From positions 3,840,001-3,904,000 of the forward strand of contig OZ242011.1 in the NCBI GenBank assembly GCA_965204755.1: a stretch of 64,000 nt of DNA, read 5' to 3'. Below the pieces are notes generated by a model, which saw nothing but the letters and a program-made list of their open reading frames with translations, made no database searches and was not told where the DNA came from. Positions 29,684 to 39,695 of the stretch are shown in pieces. How positions within the stretch are numbered: the stretch's first letter is position 1; each line of letters opens with the position of its first letter. The position numbers and the translations under genes are program-made. This stretch comes from Candidatus Marinacidobacterium sp. (GTDB lineage Bacteria; Acidobacteriota; Vicinamibacteria; Marinacidobacterales; Marinacidobacteraceae).

Positions 29684-30475
29684 GTGACCGAGCCCCCTGC
29701 CGACGCCCCTGCCGCCGCCCCCGCCGCCCCCGTCGCCCGGCCCGCCGAGGCCCCGGCGGAGGACGATCCGCCGACCGCGTTCCCCGACCCCGGCTGGCGC
29801 ATCGTCGAGGGCCCCGCGCCGGCGGTGCATCGGGCCACGGTCTTCCTCCTCCACGGACTGGGCGCGGACGGCCACGACTTCGCGCCGATCGTCCCCGGCC
29901 TGCGCCTCCCGGAGCCGCTCGGCGTCCGTTTCCGTTTCCCGGAGGCGCCGCTCCGCCCGGTAACCGTCAACCAGGGGTTCGTCATGCGGGCCTGGTACGA
30001 CCTCGAAGCGCTCGGCGGGGACGGCCGGGCGAACCGCGCCCACCTGGCCGAGGCCGTGGCCGGCGTCCGGGCGCTCGTCGCCGGGGAGACCCGCCGGGGG
30101 ATTCCGGCGGAGCGGATCGTCCTCGCCGGGTTTTCCCAGGGAGGCGCGGTGGCGCTCGCCGCGGCCGCCTGCCGGGACGAGGGCGGCGCGGGGCCGCTCC
30201 CGCTCGGGGGCGTCGCGGCGCTCTCCGCTTACCTTCCCGCGCCGGACCTGCTCGTTCCCGCCCCGCCCGGCGCGCCGCCGATCTTCCTGGCGCACGGCGA
30301 CGCGGATCCGATGGTGGCGCCGGCCCTCGGGACGAGCAGCCGCGACCGTCTGCTCGCCGCCGGCTGGGAAGTGGACTTCCGCTCCTACCCGATGGGCCAC
30401 CAGGTCTCGGCGGCGGAAATCGACGACCTCGGCCGGTTCCTCCGGCGTGTCCTGGGAGAGGAGGGGAAGCCCTGA
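29684..30475 (+). CDS. Phospholipase/carboxylesterase (alpha/beta hydrolase)
   Basis: LHGLGADG, VT.N.G..MRAWYD, GFSQG, HG..DPMV, PMGH. Confidence 0.93.
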   Translation: MTEPPADAPAAAPAAPVARPAEAPAEDDPPTAFPDPGWRIVEGPAPAVHRATVFLLHGLGADGHDFAPIVPGLRLPEPLGVRFRFPEAPLRPVTVNQGFVMRAWYDLEALGGDGRANRAHLAEAVAGVRALVAGETRRGIPAERIVLAGFSQGGAVALAAAACRDEGGAGPLPLGGVAALSAYLPAPDLLVPAPPGAPPIFLAHGDADPMVAPALGTSSRDRLLAAGWEVDFRSYPMGHQVSAAEIDDLGRFLRRVLGEEGKP

Positions 30476-31572
30476 GCGAAGAGGGAATCCCGGCCACCCT
30501 GGTGACCGGCGCCTGCGGGGAAATCGGCGCGGCGCTGCTGCGCCGGCTGGCCGGCGAGCCGGAAGCCGGGCCGGTGGTCAGCGTGGACCTCCGTCCCCTG
30601 CCCGACGGGCTCGGCGCGGCCGCGCCCCGGGAACACTTTCGCGGCGACATCCTCGACGAGACGCTCTGGGAGCGGCTGGAGCGGCGGTTCCGCCCGCGCC
30701 GCGTCTTCCACCTGGCGGCGGTGCTCTCGACCCGCGCGGAAGAAGTCCCCCACCTCGCGCACCGGGTGAACGCCGAGGGCGCGGCGCGCCTCCTCGCCCG
30801 GTCCCTCCGGTGGGCCGACGCCGGCCGGCCCACCGTGTTCTTCTTCCCGAGTTCCATCGCGGTCTATGGGTTCGCGAGCCGGGCGGAGAAGCGCGCCGCC
30901 CACCCCCTGGCCGAGGACGAGCGGCTGGAACCGCGGACGATCTACGGGGCGCAGAAACTCTATGTGGAGCGGCTGGGCGCGGCGATGGAGCGGGCGGAGC
31001 CCGGCCTCGACTTCCGCGCCGCGCGGTTCCCGGGCCTCATCTCCGCGGACACCCTGCCCCAGGGCGGGACGAGCGACTGGGCGCCGGAGTTGATCCACGC
31101 CGCCGCGCGGGGAGAGCCGTACTCGTGCTTCGTGGACGAAGACGCGCGCCTCCCCTTCTGCGCCATGCCGGACGCCGTCGAGGGCATCCGCCGGCTCGCT
31201 TTCGCCGACAAGTCCCGGTTGGCGAGGAGCGCCTACAACTTCGGCGGCGCGAGCCTCTCCGCCGGGGAGATCATCGCCCGCGTGCGCCGGGACTTCCCGG
31301 CGCTCGAAGTCCGGTTCGCGCTCGACCGGGACCGGGCCGGCATCGTCGCCGGATGGCCGGCGGCGGTGGACGACCGGGCGGCGCGGCGCGACTTCGGTTT
31401 CGCCCCGGAGCGGGACGCGGAGACCCTGTTCTCGGAGTATCTGGTTCCCGGAATCCGCCGCCGCTACGCCGACGGACCCGCTCTGTCCCCGGTGTCCGCG
31501 CCGGTGGAGTCCCCCGGCGCGGGACGCCCGGCCGTCCGCGCCGAAGCGAACTCCGGCGCTCCCTCCGCGTAA
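30472..31572 (+). CDS. NAD-dependent epimerase/dehydratase, L-threonine 3-dehydrogenase-like SDR
   Basis: LVTGACGEIG, FHLAAVLS, SSIAVYG, YGAQK, RFPGLIS..P.GGTSD; start uncertain (CTG 30472 or GTG 30502). Confidence 0.85.
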   Translation: MSEEGIPATLVTGACGEIGAALLRRLAGEPEAGPVVSVDLRPLPDGLGAAAPREHFRGDILDETLWERLERRFRPRRVFHLAAVLSTRAEEVPHLAHRVNAEGAARLLARSLRWADAGRPTVFFFPSSIAVYGFASRAEKRAAHPLAEDERLEPRTIYGAQKLYVERLGAAMERAEPGLDFRAARFPGLISADTLPQGGTSDWAPELIHAAARGEPYSCFVDEDARLPFCAMPDAVEGIRRLAFADKSRLARSAYNFGGASLSAGEIIARVRRDFPALEVRFALDRDRAGIVAGWPAAVDDRAARRDFGFAPERDAETLFSEYLVPGIRRRYADGPALSPVSAPVESPGAGRPAVRAEANSGAPSA

Positions 31573-31596
31573 AGCGGCCGCAGCAGGCATTCCCCG

Positions 31597-32355
31597 ATGG
31601 CGACTTCCCCTCCGCGCTTCTCGTTCTGGAACGGGCTGACGACGCCCCTGCTCTCGGCGGTCCTCGGCGCCGGCGCCTACCGCGGCCTCACCCGGCTGAG
31701 TTCGGACCCCGACAGCGACTACCTCTTCCGCTTCGGCGCGGTCGCCGGCGTGATGCTCGTCCCGCCGGCCTTCGCGCTCGTTCGATCGGCCCGCGCCCGC
31801 CGGGCGGGGACGCTGACCGCCGGCGGCAAGTTCGGCGCGGCGCTCGCCCTCCTCTCGGTCGGGCTCGCCGTCCTCCCGGTGAACGGGGCGCTCCGGCGGG
31901 CGCGGCAGGCGCGGAACCTGGCGCTCGCCGGCGTACCGGCGCCGGAGTTCGTCGCCGATGACCTCGACGGCCGGAGGTATCGACTCACGGACTACCGGGG
32001 GTCGGTGGTGCTGGTGAACATCTGGGCGACCTGGTGCCCGCCCTGCAAGGCGGAGATGCCCGAACTCGACCGGCTGGCCCGGGAGCGGGCCGCCGAGGGG
32101 CTCGTGGTGTTCGGCATCTCCACCGAAGACGCGGAGACCCAGCGGGCGTTCCGGGCAAACGAAGCGCCGGTGGACTACCCGCTCCTGCTGCCCGGCGCCG
32201 GCGGCCAAGCGATGCCGGACATCTACACGCAGACCGCGCGTTACCCGGCGAACTTCCTCATCGATCGGGAAGGACTCCTCCACCCGGCCCCGAGCACCGA
32301 CCGCCCCTTCGCCGATCTCGAATCCGCCGTCTCCCGTTTGCTCGCCGGCGGCTGA
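31597..32355 (+). CDS. Membrane-anchored TlpA/ResA-family thiol-disulfide oxidoreductase
   Basis: Three N-terminal TM segments; LVNIWATWCPPCKAEMP; FLIDREG. Confidence 0.9.
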   Translation: MATSPPRFSFWNGLTTPLLSAVLGAGAYRGLTRLSSDPDSDYLFRFGAVAGVMLVPPAFALVRSARARRAGTLTAGGKFGAALALLSVGLAVLPVNGALRRARQARNLALAGVPAPEFVADDLDGRRYRLTDYRGSVVLVNIWATWCPPCKAEMPELDRLARERAAEGLVVFGISTEDAETQRAFRANEAPVDYPLLLPGAGGQAMPDIYTQTARYPANFLIDREGLLHPAPSTDRPFADLESAVSRLLAGG

Positions 32356-32421
32356 CCCCGACCGGCCCGGCCTCCCCGGGCCTCCGCGCGCGCCGCCCGC
32401 CGCCGACCGGGCGGCGGAAGG

Positions 32422-33885
32422 TCAGTTCTCCGCGCCGAAGGAGCCGATCGCCAGGATCGCCGGGACGGAGACGCCGTTCAACTTCGCCGGGGTGTACCGG
32501 CCGCGCAGGAGGGAGAGCATCGTCTGGTGGAGGCGGTTCGAACTCTGCGGGTTGAAATGGGCCGACTTCACGCGTCCGTGGTGGTCGATGAGCACCACCA
32601 CCCCGTCGTTCCGGGTGGAACGCCGCGACCCCCCGCCGCCCGGCATCGGCGTCGGGGAACTGCGGAGCACCGGCGGCTCGAAGATCACGCTCGGGTCGCC
32701 GCCTCGCCGCATGGCGATCAGGAAGGGCGCGAGGTCGTGCATCAGGTAGTCGAAGTCGGTGCGGAACGCGACCTCGAAGGCTTCGCCGGACTGCGCGTCG
32801 TCGGCGCGGAGCGCGTAGAGGTAGCCGAGTTGGAGGTGGGCTTCGGCGTCGTCCGGACGCATGTCCAGAAGCGCCCGGTAGAGGTTCTCGGTGTCGTCGA
32901 AGTCGCCGTTCAGGGAGTGCGACCGGGCGAGCAGGCGCAGCGCCCGGAGGTTCGTCGGGTCGGCGAGCAGCACCTCGCCGAGTTCCTCGATGGCGAGATC
33001 GAGGTCGCGGTTGCCCAGGTGGGCCTCGCCGACGAGGAGGCGTACTTCGTTGCGCTGGCCGTCGGAGACCGGCATGAAGGTGGAGAGCCAGTTGATCGCC
33101 TGGCGGAACTTCCCGTCTTCGATGTAGCGGCGCGCCTGCCGGATCGGGTCGTCCATGCCCACCAGCGCTTCGAGCGGCGGGTCAGCGCGCGTGGGGCGCA
33201 GCATGAAGTGGCGCTGCGGCGTGAGCGCCGCTTCGTCGAGGCTGGCGGCGAGCGCCGGGTAGGCCGAGGAGAGCCGTTCCATCGCGCTGTCGTAGTCGTC
33301 GAAGACCCGGAGTTTCTGCCCCTCGTACACCATCCCCTGCCGCTCCGGCCCGGCGTGGACGGTGCCGATGTACACCGGACGGTCGGCGGGCACCGAGATG
33401 AGCGGCCGACCGGTCTCGTGGGGGCGGGGCGAGACGGAGAACCGCTGGCGGACCGGGCGGAACCGCCGCGGGTTGAACGGGTGGATGTTCGGGAAATAGA
33501 CCGCTTCGATGGCTTCCACATCGTAGACGCCGGGAGTCACCAACTCGAAGATGAGGCCGAGGCCGTCGTCTATGGCCAGCGTCTCCGTCTTCCCGGAGTC
33601 CCGGTGGCGCATCACCACGCGCCGGGAGCGGAAGTCCGGGCTCTCGAACTTGCCGGTGAACCGGCCGATCACCAAGGAGCGCCCGTCCCGTTGCACCCGC
33701 TGCCAGACGGCATCCCGGCCGGGCAATTCGGCGGCGGCCGACCCCGCCGGAAGCGCCGCGCCGACCGCCGCGAGGAGGCCGAGGACGGCGAGGGTCAGCG
33801 GACGGCCGGGGAAGAGCGATCGGGGCGAGACGGAGGAGGGGAGGCTCACGGAATCCATCGTCTCACGGCAGCGGCGCTCGTTCAA
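32422..33885 (-). CDS. Exported TPR-repeat protein
   Basis: Signal peptide-like N-terminus; TPR helices (LLADPTNLRALRLLARS, PDDAEAHLQLGYLY); TonB-C-like end Y.PAKLNG.SVP. Confidence 0.75.
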   Translation of the reverse strand: MNERRCRETMDSVSLPSSVSPRSLFPGRPLTLAVLGLLAAVGAALPAGSAAAELPGRDAVWQRVQRDGRSLVIGRFTGKFESPDFRSRRVVMRHRDSGKTETLAIDDGLGLIFELVTPGVYDVEAIEAVYFPNIHPFNPRRFRPVRQRFSVSPRPHETGRPLISVPADRPVYIGTVHAGPERQGMVYEGQKLRVFDDYDSAMERLSSAYPALAASLDEAALTPQRHFMLRPTRADPPLEALVGMDDPIRQARRYIEDGKFRQAINWLSTFMPVSDGQRNEVRLLVGEAHLGNRDLDLAIEELGEVLLADPTNLRALRLLARSHSLNGDFDDTENLYRALLDMRPDDAEAHLQLGYLYALRADDAQSGEAFEVAFRTDFDYLMHDLAPFLIAMRRGGDPSVIFEPPVLRSSPTPMPGGGGSRRSTRNDGVVVLIDHHGRVKSAHFNPQSSNRLHQTMLSLLRGRYTPAKLNGVSVPAILAIGSFGAEN

Positions 33886-33952
33886 ATGGCGTCGGCTGCG
33901 GTCGGCAGCGGTCGGCGCCGGCGAGGAGCGACTCCCGACCCGGAGACGCCCC

Positions 33953-35386
33953 TCAACACCCGGAGGGCGCCGTGAGGGCGCGGAGGCGGCGGAGCGCGGC
34001 GCGGGCGCGGTCGGCGAAGGCGGTGTCTTCGTCGCCGGCGGCCTCGGTGAGCGCGGGGATCGCGGCCGGATCGCCGATCCGTTCGAGGAGTTCGACCAGC
34101 CGCAGGCGGAGGTCGCGGTCCGGGTCCTCCCGGAGGTATCTCCCGTATTCGGGGATCAGCGGGGCGCCGAGTTCGAGCGCGTACTGGCGCGCCGCTTCGC
34201 CCAGGAACCGGTGGTCGAGCGAGAGGACGATCCGGTCCACGAACGGCGTCCGGCCCAGGCGGACGAGCGAAAAGGCGAACGCCAACTGGACGCGGCTGTC
34301 GTCCTCCCTCAGGAAATCGCGGATCAATCCGTCGGCCAGCGAGGGGTCGTCCAGCCGGCCGAGGCCCTCCGCCGCGAACTCCCGGCGCTTGGCCTCGCGG
34401 TGGCCCAACTCGTAGTAGAAGGTGCCCCGGGCGCCGTCGAAACCGATCCGCGCGAGGCCTTCGAGGGCGTCCCTGCCGAGACCGCTGTCCGGGCGTTCGT
34501 CGTAGATCGCGAGGAGGGCTGCCCCCGCCGGGGCGTAGGCCATGCGGCCGAGCGCGCGCACCGCTTCGGCGCGGCTGTCCCCGGCGTCCCGGTCGGGGAG
34601 GAAGGTCAACAGCGCCTCGCCGGCGCCCGGGGTGGCGATCCTCCCCAGGGCCCGGACCGCCTCCCGCCGCACCTCGGCCTCGCTGTCGATGCGCGCCGCG
34701 TCCGCGAGCGCCGAGATCGCGTTTGCCGTGGCGGACGGGCCGGCCGCGCCTTCGACATCGGCAGCGGCCCCGGCGCCGGCGCCGTCCGCGTCCCCGGCGC
34801 CGGCCCCGGCGCGAAGCGCGCCGAGCGCCTCCACCGCCGTTTCGCGCACCGACCGCTCGTCGTCGGTCAGCCGCTCGACGATCGCCGCCACTACTTCCCC
34901 GCTCACCGGCCGCAGCGGGTCGAGGACGAACTCGTGTTCCTGGCGCAGAAGCCAGTTCACCGCCCGGGTTCCGCCTCCGGGGCGCCCCGAGAGCCCATGC
35001 ATCTCGACGAGGCCGCGAATGGCGTCCCGCCGGTTGTCCCGCTCGGCGTCGGCGAGGAAGGCGATCAGGCCGGGAGCGGCGCCCGGGCGGCGGAGCGAGA
35101 GGAGCGCCTCGAGCACGGCGCGCCGGACTCGGGGGTGCTGGTCCGCCGCCGCGGCGGCGTTCAGGCCGGCGACGGCGTCCGGCCCGCCGTGGCGCGCGAG
35201 TTCCGACGCCGCGCCGCGCCGGGTGTTCGCGTCCGCGCTCTCCAGCCGGGCGAGCGACTCCTCCACCGTCGGCTGCGCGAAGCCGGCCCCGGCCGCCGCG
35301 GCGAGCGCGAGCGCCAGCCGGCCCGCCAGCCCGCCGAAGAGGCGGAGGCCTCCACGCCGGCGCGCCGGCGAACCGCAGCGGAGCAC
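33953..35386 (-). CDS. Exported HEAT-repeat protein
   Basis: Signal peptide AGFA|Q; repeated VR..A..ALG.(L/I) units. Confidence 0.85.
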   Translation of the reverse strand: MLRCGSPARRRGGLRLFGGLAGRLALALAAAAGAGFAQPTVEESLARLESADANTRRGAASELARHGGPDAVAGLNAAAAADQHPRVRRAVLEALLSLRRPGAAPGLIAFLADAERDNRRDAIRGLVEMHGLSGRPGGGTRAVNWLLRQEHEFVLDPLRPVSGEVVAAIVERLTDDERSVRETAVEALGALRAGAGAGDADGAGAGAAADVEGAAGPSATANAISALADAARIDSEAEVRREAVRALGRIATPGAGEALLTFLPDRDAGDSRAEAVRALGRMAYAPAGAALLAIYDERPDSGLGRDALEGLARIGFDGARGTFYYELGHREAKRREFAAEGLGRLDDPSLADGLIRDFLREDDSRVQLAFAFSLVRLGRTPFVDRIVLSLDHRFLGEAARQYALELGAPLIPEYGRYLREDPDRDLRLRLVELLERIGDPAAIPALTEAAGDEDTAFADRARAALRRLRALTAPSGC

Positions 35387-35427
35387 CCTGCCGAGTCCGC
35401 CGAGCGTCTCGAACGCCGGGAGCGGGC

Positions 35428-37140
35428 CTATCGCCCGGCGGGCCCGGCGGTGGTCTCGGCCAGGAACGCCTCGGGGTCCTCGATGAGGAGAGCCGCCTTC
35501 GGCATCGCCGCCAGCGCGGCGTTCACCTGCCGGTCGCGGCCGATAGTGGCCATGCGGGACGCCGCCGGGCCCCAGAGGAGGCTGAAGACCTCCCCGTCGA
35601 TCCGGAGCGCGACCTGCGCTTCCACCGCGGCGAGTTCCTCCGGGTCCTCCGGCGACTCGTGGGGGATGCCCTCTTCCTCTAGGAACGCGAAGAACTCTTC
35701 GATCGTGGCGCGGTCGGTCCGGAAGGTCTGGTCCACCGCCCGGACGAGGTCGCCGCGCGCCTGGATCTCGTCCGGGCGGGTGCCGGCCCCGTCCACCGCG
35801 CCGCGGCCGTCGGCGGGGACGAACCGGGTCGCGAAGCGGAAGAACGCGCCGTGCTGCTCCATCCGGACGAGCGCCTCCGGCAGGTCCGGGGACTCGCTGG
35901 GGATGTCCGGGGCGATCCCGCCGCCGCCCTCGATCTCGCGCCCGAGCCGGGTGCGCACGAGCGTCCCGGCCTCGTCGTTGCTGTCCCGCTCGCCGCGGCC
36001 GCGGTAGTAGTCGAGGAAGTCACCGCTGTCGTAGTCGCGCTGGAGCCGGCGCCCGCTGGGCGTGAAGTACTGGGCGGAGGTCAGGCCCAGCGCGTATCCG
36101 TGCGGCAACTGGTAAACCGACTGCACGAGGCCCTTGCCGTAGGTGTTCTCGCCCAGGATGAGTCCCCGGTCGTGATCCTGCACCGCGCCGGCGACGATCT
36201 CGGAGGCCGAGGCGCTCTCCCGCGAGACGATCACGATGAGCGGCAGGTCCGCGTGGGGACTCGGCTCCTCGGCGAGGAAGACCTGGTTCTGCCGGGCGTC
36301 GCGACCGCGGATGGACACGACCTCTTCGCCCTGCTTCAGGAAGACATTGGAGACGGCGATCGCCTGGTTCAGCAGGCCGCCCGGGTTGTGGCGGAGGTCG
36401 AGGATGAGCCGGGCGGCGCCTTCGAGGCGGAGTTCCACGATGGCTTCGCGCAGTTCCTCGCGGGTGTTCTCGTTGAAGTCGGAAACGCGGACATACCCCG
36501 ACTTCCCCCCGCCCCCGGGCTCGTCGAGCGTGAAGTAGTAAGGGACGCTGCGCAGCGGGATGCGGTCGCGGATGACCGTGAAGTCGAGCGGCGCGTCGTA
36601 GCCGGGCCGGGTGATCGTGATGCTCACCGGGGTGCCGCGCGGCCCGCGCAGGAGCGAGACCGCTTGGTCCATGTCGTACTGGGTGGCGTCTTCGCCCTCG
36701 ATCCGGCTGATCACATCGCCGGCCCGGATGCCGAGCCGGTAGGCCGGCGTGCCTTCGAACGGGGAGACGACGGTGAGCAGGCCGCCGCGCTGCTGCACCC
36801 GGATGCCGAGCCCCACATATTCGCCCTGTTGGCGCTCGCGCATCTGGCGGTAGGTCCGCGGCACGAACAGGTTCGAGTGCGGGTCGAGCCGGGAGAGCAT
36901 CCCGGCGACGGTGGCGCGGGCCAAGGTCTCCGGCGGGACCTCGCGGCCGTACCCGGTCTCGATGTGCCACATGACATTCATGTAGCGCTGGAGGAGCGCC
37001 TTCGAGCCGTCGCCCTCCGGCCCCTCCGCCGGCGGGGCCGCCAGGACCGCGCCGGCGATCGCCGTTCCGGCGGCGACCGGCAGGAGGATCGAGAGGAGTC
37101 CGGAAACGATCCGCCCCCGCGTTTCCGTCATCGGCAGCAT
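35428..37140 (-). CDS. ctpA: S41 C-terminal processing peptidase with PDZ domain
   Basis: LDPHS, GLGI PDZ, LDLRHNPGG, SASASEIVAGA.QD, TYGKGLVQ, GIAPDI. Confidence 0.93.
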   Translation of the reverse strand: MLPMTETRGRIVSGLLSILLPVAAGTAIAGAVLAAPPAEGPEGDGSKALLQRYMNVMWHIETGYGREVPPETLARATVAGMLSRLDPHSNLFVPRTYRQMRERQQGEYVGLGIRVQQRGGLLTVVSPFEGTPAYRLGIRAGDVISRIEGEDATQYDMDQAVSLLRGPRGTPVSITITRPGYDAPLDFTVIRDRIPLRSVPYYFTLDEPGGGGKSGYVRVSDFNENTREELREAIVELRLEGAARLILDLRHNPGGLLNQAIAVSNVFLKQGEEVVSIRGRDARQNQVFLAEEPSPHADLPLIVIVSRESASASEIVAGAVQDHDRGLILGENTYGKGLVQSVYQLPHGYALGLTSAQYFTPSGRRLQRDYDSGDFLDYYRGRGERDSNDEAGTLVRTRLGREIEGGGGIAPDIPSESPDLPEALVRMEQHGAFFRFATRFVPADGRGAVDGAGTRPDEIQARGDLVRAVDQTFRTDRATIEEFFAFLEEEGIPHESPEDPEELAAVEAQVALRIDGEVFSLLWGPAASRMATIGRDRQVNAALAAMPKAALLIEDPEAFLAETTAGPAGR

Positions 37141-37182
37141 CCTAACAGCCGGGGGGCCGATTTCCGCCGGGCGCCCCGGGCG

Positions 37183-38019
37183 TCAATCCCGGTCTCCGGC
37201 GCCCGATTCCGGGCCGCCCGCCGCGTCTTCCTCGACATCGCCGGCGGGCGCCCGGCGGCCCCGCATCCGGTTGCCGAACCACGCGATGCCGATGGAGAGG
37301 GCGTAGAGGGCGATCATCGGCCCGGCCAGGATGATCTGGGTGGTGGGGTCGGGCGGAGTCAGCAGGGCGGCGAGGACGAAACTGCCGAGGAGCGCGTACT
37401 TGAAGTAGCGGACCATCCCCCGGGCGGTGATGACCCCGAGCCGGGAGAGGAGGAGCGTGAGGGTCGGGATCTGGAAGACGAACGCCGTGCCCAGGACCAG
37501 CCGGGCGTAGAAACTGAACACCTCCGACACCCGGTAGCGGATCTGGATGTCCTCGCCGCCCCCGCCGAAGGTGCCGAGGAACTCCGCCGCCGCCGGAAAC
37601 AGGACATAGTGGCAAAACGCCGCGCCGGAGACGAAGAAGACGGACCCGACCAGGATGAAGGGGACCGCCAGCCGGCGCTCGTGGCGGTAGAGGCCGGGCG
37701 CGACGAATCCCCAGAGTTGCCCGAGCCAGGCCGGCGTCGAGATGACGAGGGCCACCAGCAGGCTCATCTTCAGGCCGAGGACGAAGATCTCCGGCGGCGT
37801 GGTGGCGATCAGTTCGCCGCCCAGCGGCTCGATGACTTCCCGGAGCGGCTGCATCAGGAAGTTGAAGATGCGCTGGTAGAAGAAGAAACACCCGACGAAG
37901 ACGACGAGCACCGCGAGCACGGCGCGCACGAGCCGCCGCCGCAGTTCGTCGAGGTGCTCGAGGAAGGTCATCCGGTCGGCGGCGGGAGCGGCGGCGGCGC
38001 TCGCTTCGTCCGGCGTCAC
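37183..38019 (-). CDS. tatC: Twin-arginine translocase subunit TatC
   Basis: MTFLEHLDELRRRL, QLWGFVAPGLY.HE, FQIP, AALLTPPDP. Confidence 0.96.
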   Translation of the reverse strand: MTPDEASAAAAPAADRMTFLEHLDELRRRLVRAVLAVLVVFVGCFFFYQRIFNFLMQPLREVIEPLGGELIATTPPEIFVLGLKMSLLVALVISTPAWLGQLWGFVAPGLYRHERRLAVPFILVGSVFFVSGAAFCHYVLFPAAAEFLGTFGGGGEDIQIRYRVSEVFSFYARLVLGTAFVFQIPTLTLLLSRLGVITARGMVRYFKYALLGSFVLAALLTPPDPTTQIILAGPMIALYALSIGIAWFGNRMRGRRAPAGDVEEDAAGGPESGAGDRD

Positions 38020-38182
38020 TTCGGGCTTCTCACTTCCGGAGGGTCATTCCGGGTCGGCCGCGTCCGGTTGGCGGATCGGCGCGAACCGGCGCGTCCGCCG
38101 CGTCCGGCATTCCCGGAGGGGGAGTCGCCGGCGTAAACCGGTGAGACTCCGGAGGAGACCGGCCGACCCGTCCCTCCGGGGA

Positions 38183-38767
38183 TCATCCGCCGGCGGCGTT
38201 CGGTTCGGTTTCCCGATCGGGAGGCGCCCCGGCGCCGGCGCCCGCGGCTTCCTTCGGGTCCCGGAGATCCCCGGAGACGCCTTCGGTCTCGCTCCCGGCG
38301 GCGTCGGCGCCCTCCGGCGCGGCGTCGTCCCCGGACCCGCCGGGATCGTCCGCGGCTTCGCCCGGATCGGCCTCTTCGTCCGGCGGAGTGTCCCTCGCCC
38401 CGCCCGGCGCGGAAGGATCCCCGGCTTTCGGGGCCCCGGCTTTCGGGGGCTCGGCCTTCGGGCCCCCGGCCTTCGGCGCGCCGGCGCCCTCCGCGCTTCG
38501 GCGCGCCGCGGGCGGAGCGCCTCCGGTCGGGTCGAGCCCTCCACCGAGGTCCCGGCCCAGGCCGCTGACCTCGTCGCGCGCCGAGCGGAATTCCTCCATC
38601 TCGACCTCCCGCTCCAGAGTGTTCCGGAGTTCCGTGCTCGTGCGCCGGAACTCGGCGAGGCTCTTGCCCAGCGTCTTCCCGATCTGCGGCAGTTTGCGCG
38701 GCCCGAACACGATGAGCGCCACCACCATGATGATCAGCATCTCCTGCATGCCGAGCGGGCCGATCAT
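38183..38767 (-). CDS. tatB: TatA/TatB family subunit with long disordered tail
   Basis: GPLGMQEMLIIMVVALIVFGPRKLPQIGKTLGKSLAEFRR. Confidence 0.88.
   Translation of the reverse strand: MIGPLGMQEMLIIMVVALIVFGPRKLPQIGKTLGKSLAEFRRTSTELRNTLEREVEMEEFRSARDEVSGLGRDLGGGLDPTGGAPPAARRSAEGAGAPKAGGPKAEPPKAGAPKAGDPSAPGGARDTPPDEEADPGEAADDPGGSGDDAAPEGADAAGSETEGVSGDLRDPKEAAGAGAGAPPDRETEPNAAGG
38419..38478. repeat. Four imperfect 15-bp tandem units encoding PKA(G/E)xx in the Tat subunit tail
   Basis: Units resemble ccccggctttcgggg; protein GAPKAGGPKAEPPKAGAPKAGD. Confidence 0.7.
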
Positions 38768-38918
38768 CAGCGGCGGGAACGGGAGGGCCGGCACGGCGGG
38801 AAACGATAACTTGGCGGCTCGCCGGGGACGCGCCGCCGGTCGGGGGCGCGGCGAGCGGCGGCGAGCGCGGCTCCGCGCCGCCGGGCCCGCCTCCTTCCGA
38901 ACGGGGACAATCCCGGCG

Positions 38919-39695
38919 ATGGCGAGTCCCGGATGCGCGGCCCCCGAAGCCGTGCGCCGCGCGCCGGGGGCGATCCGGCGCATGTTCGAGGCGGTGGCGC
39001 CGGGCTACGACCGGCTGAACCGGATGCTCAGCCTCGGCCTCGACCGGGGCTGGCGGAAGCAGGCGCTCGCCGACCTGGATTCCGCCCCCGGGGAGCGGGT
39101 GCTCGACCTCTGCTCCGGCACCGGCGATCTCGCGCTCCTGTTGCCGGACTCCGTCTCCGTCGTCGCCTGCGACTTCACCCCGGCGATGCTGGAGATCGCC
39201 GGGCGGAAGGCGGCGGCCCGGCGGGTCTCCCTGCCTCGCGCCGCCGGGGACGCGCAGCGGCTCCCGTTTCGGTCCGGGGCGTTTCGGCGCGTGGTCATCG
39301 GGTTCGGAGTGCGGAACTTCGCGGACCCGGCCGAGGCCTTCCGGGAAGTGCGCCGCGTCCTCGCGCCCGGCGGAAGGCTGGTGGTGCTCGAGTTCTCCCG
39401 GCCCCCCCGCCGGGTCTTCCGCCTCGGCCACCGCCTGTGGCTCCGGTTCGCCGTGCCCGGTCTGGCGGGCGTAGCGGCGGCGGCTTCGGGGGGCGCCGGG
39501 CCCTACCGCTATCTCCGGGACTCGATCTTCGACTTCCCCGACCCGGAGGAAGTCGCCGGAGGCCTCGCCGCCGGCGGGTTCGCCCCGGTGCGGTTCCGCT
39601 ACCTCTCGCTCGGGACGGTCGCGCTCCACATCGCCGATGTTCCCGGCGACTCCGGCGCCGCGGCGGAGCCGCCGGACGCTACCAGGGGAGTTTGA
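38919..39695 (+). CDS. ubiE: Ubiquinone/menaquinone biosynthesis C-methyltransferase
   Basis: MFEAVAPGYDRLNRMLSLGLD..WR, VLDLCSGTGD, GFGVRN, RVLAPGG.L.VLEFS, Y.YL.DSI..FP. Confidence 0.92.
   Translation: MASPGCAAPEAVRRAPGAIRRMFEAVAPGYDRLNRMLSLGLDRGWRKQALADLDSAPGERVLDLCSGTGDLALLLPDSVSVVACDFTPAMLEIAGRKAAARRVSLPRAAGDAQRLPFRSGAFRRVVIGFGVRNFADPAEAFREVRRVLAPGGRLVVLEFSRPPRRVFRLGHRLWLRFAVPGLAGVAAAASGGAGPYRYLRDSIFDFPDPEEVAGGLAAGGFAPVRFRYLSLGTVALHIADVPGDSGAAAEPPDATRGV

Noticed and set aside
32356-32421. Intrinsic terminator between convergent genes
   Set aside because: GC-rich partial inverted repeat but no U-tract on either strand
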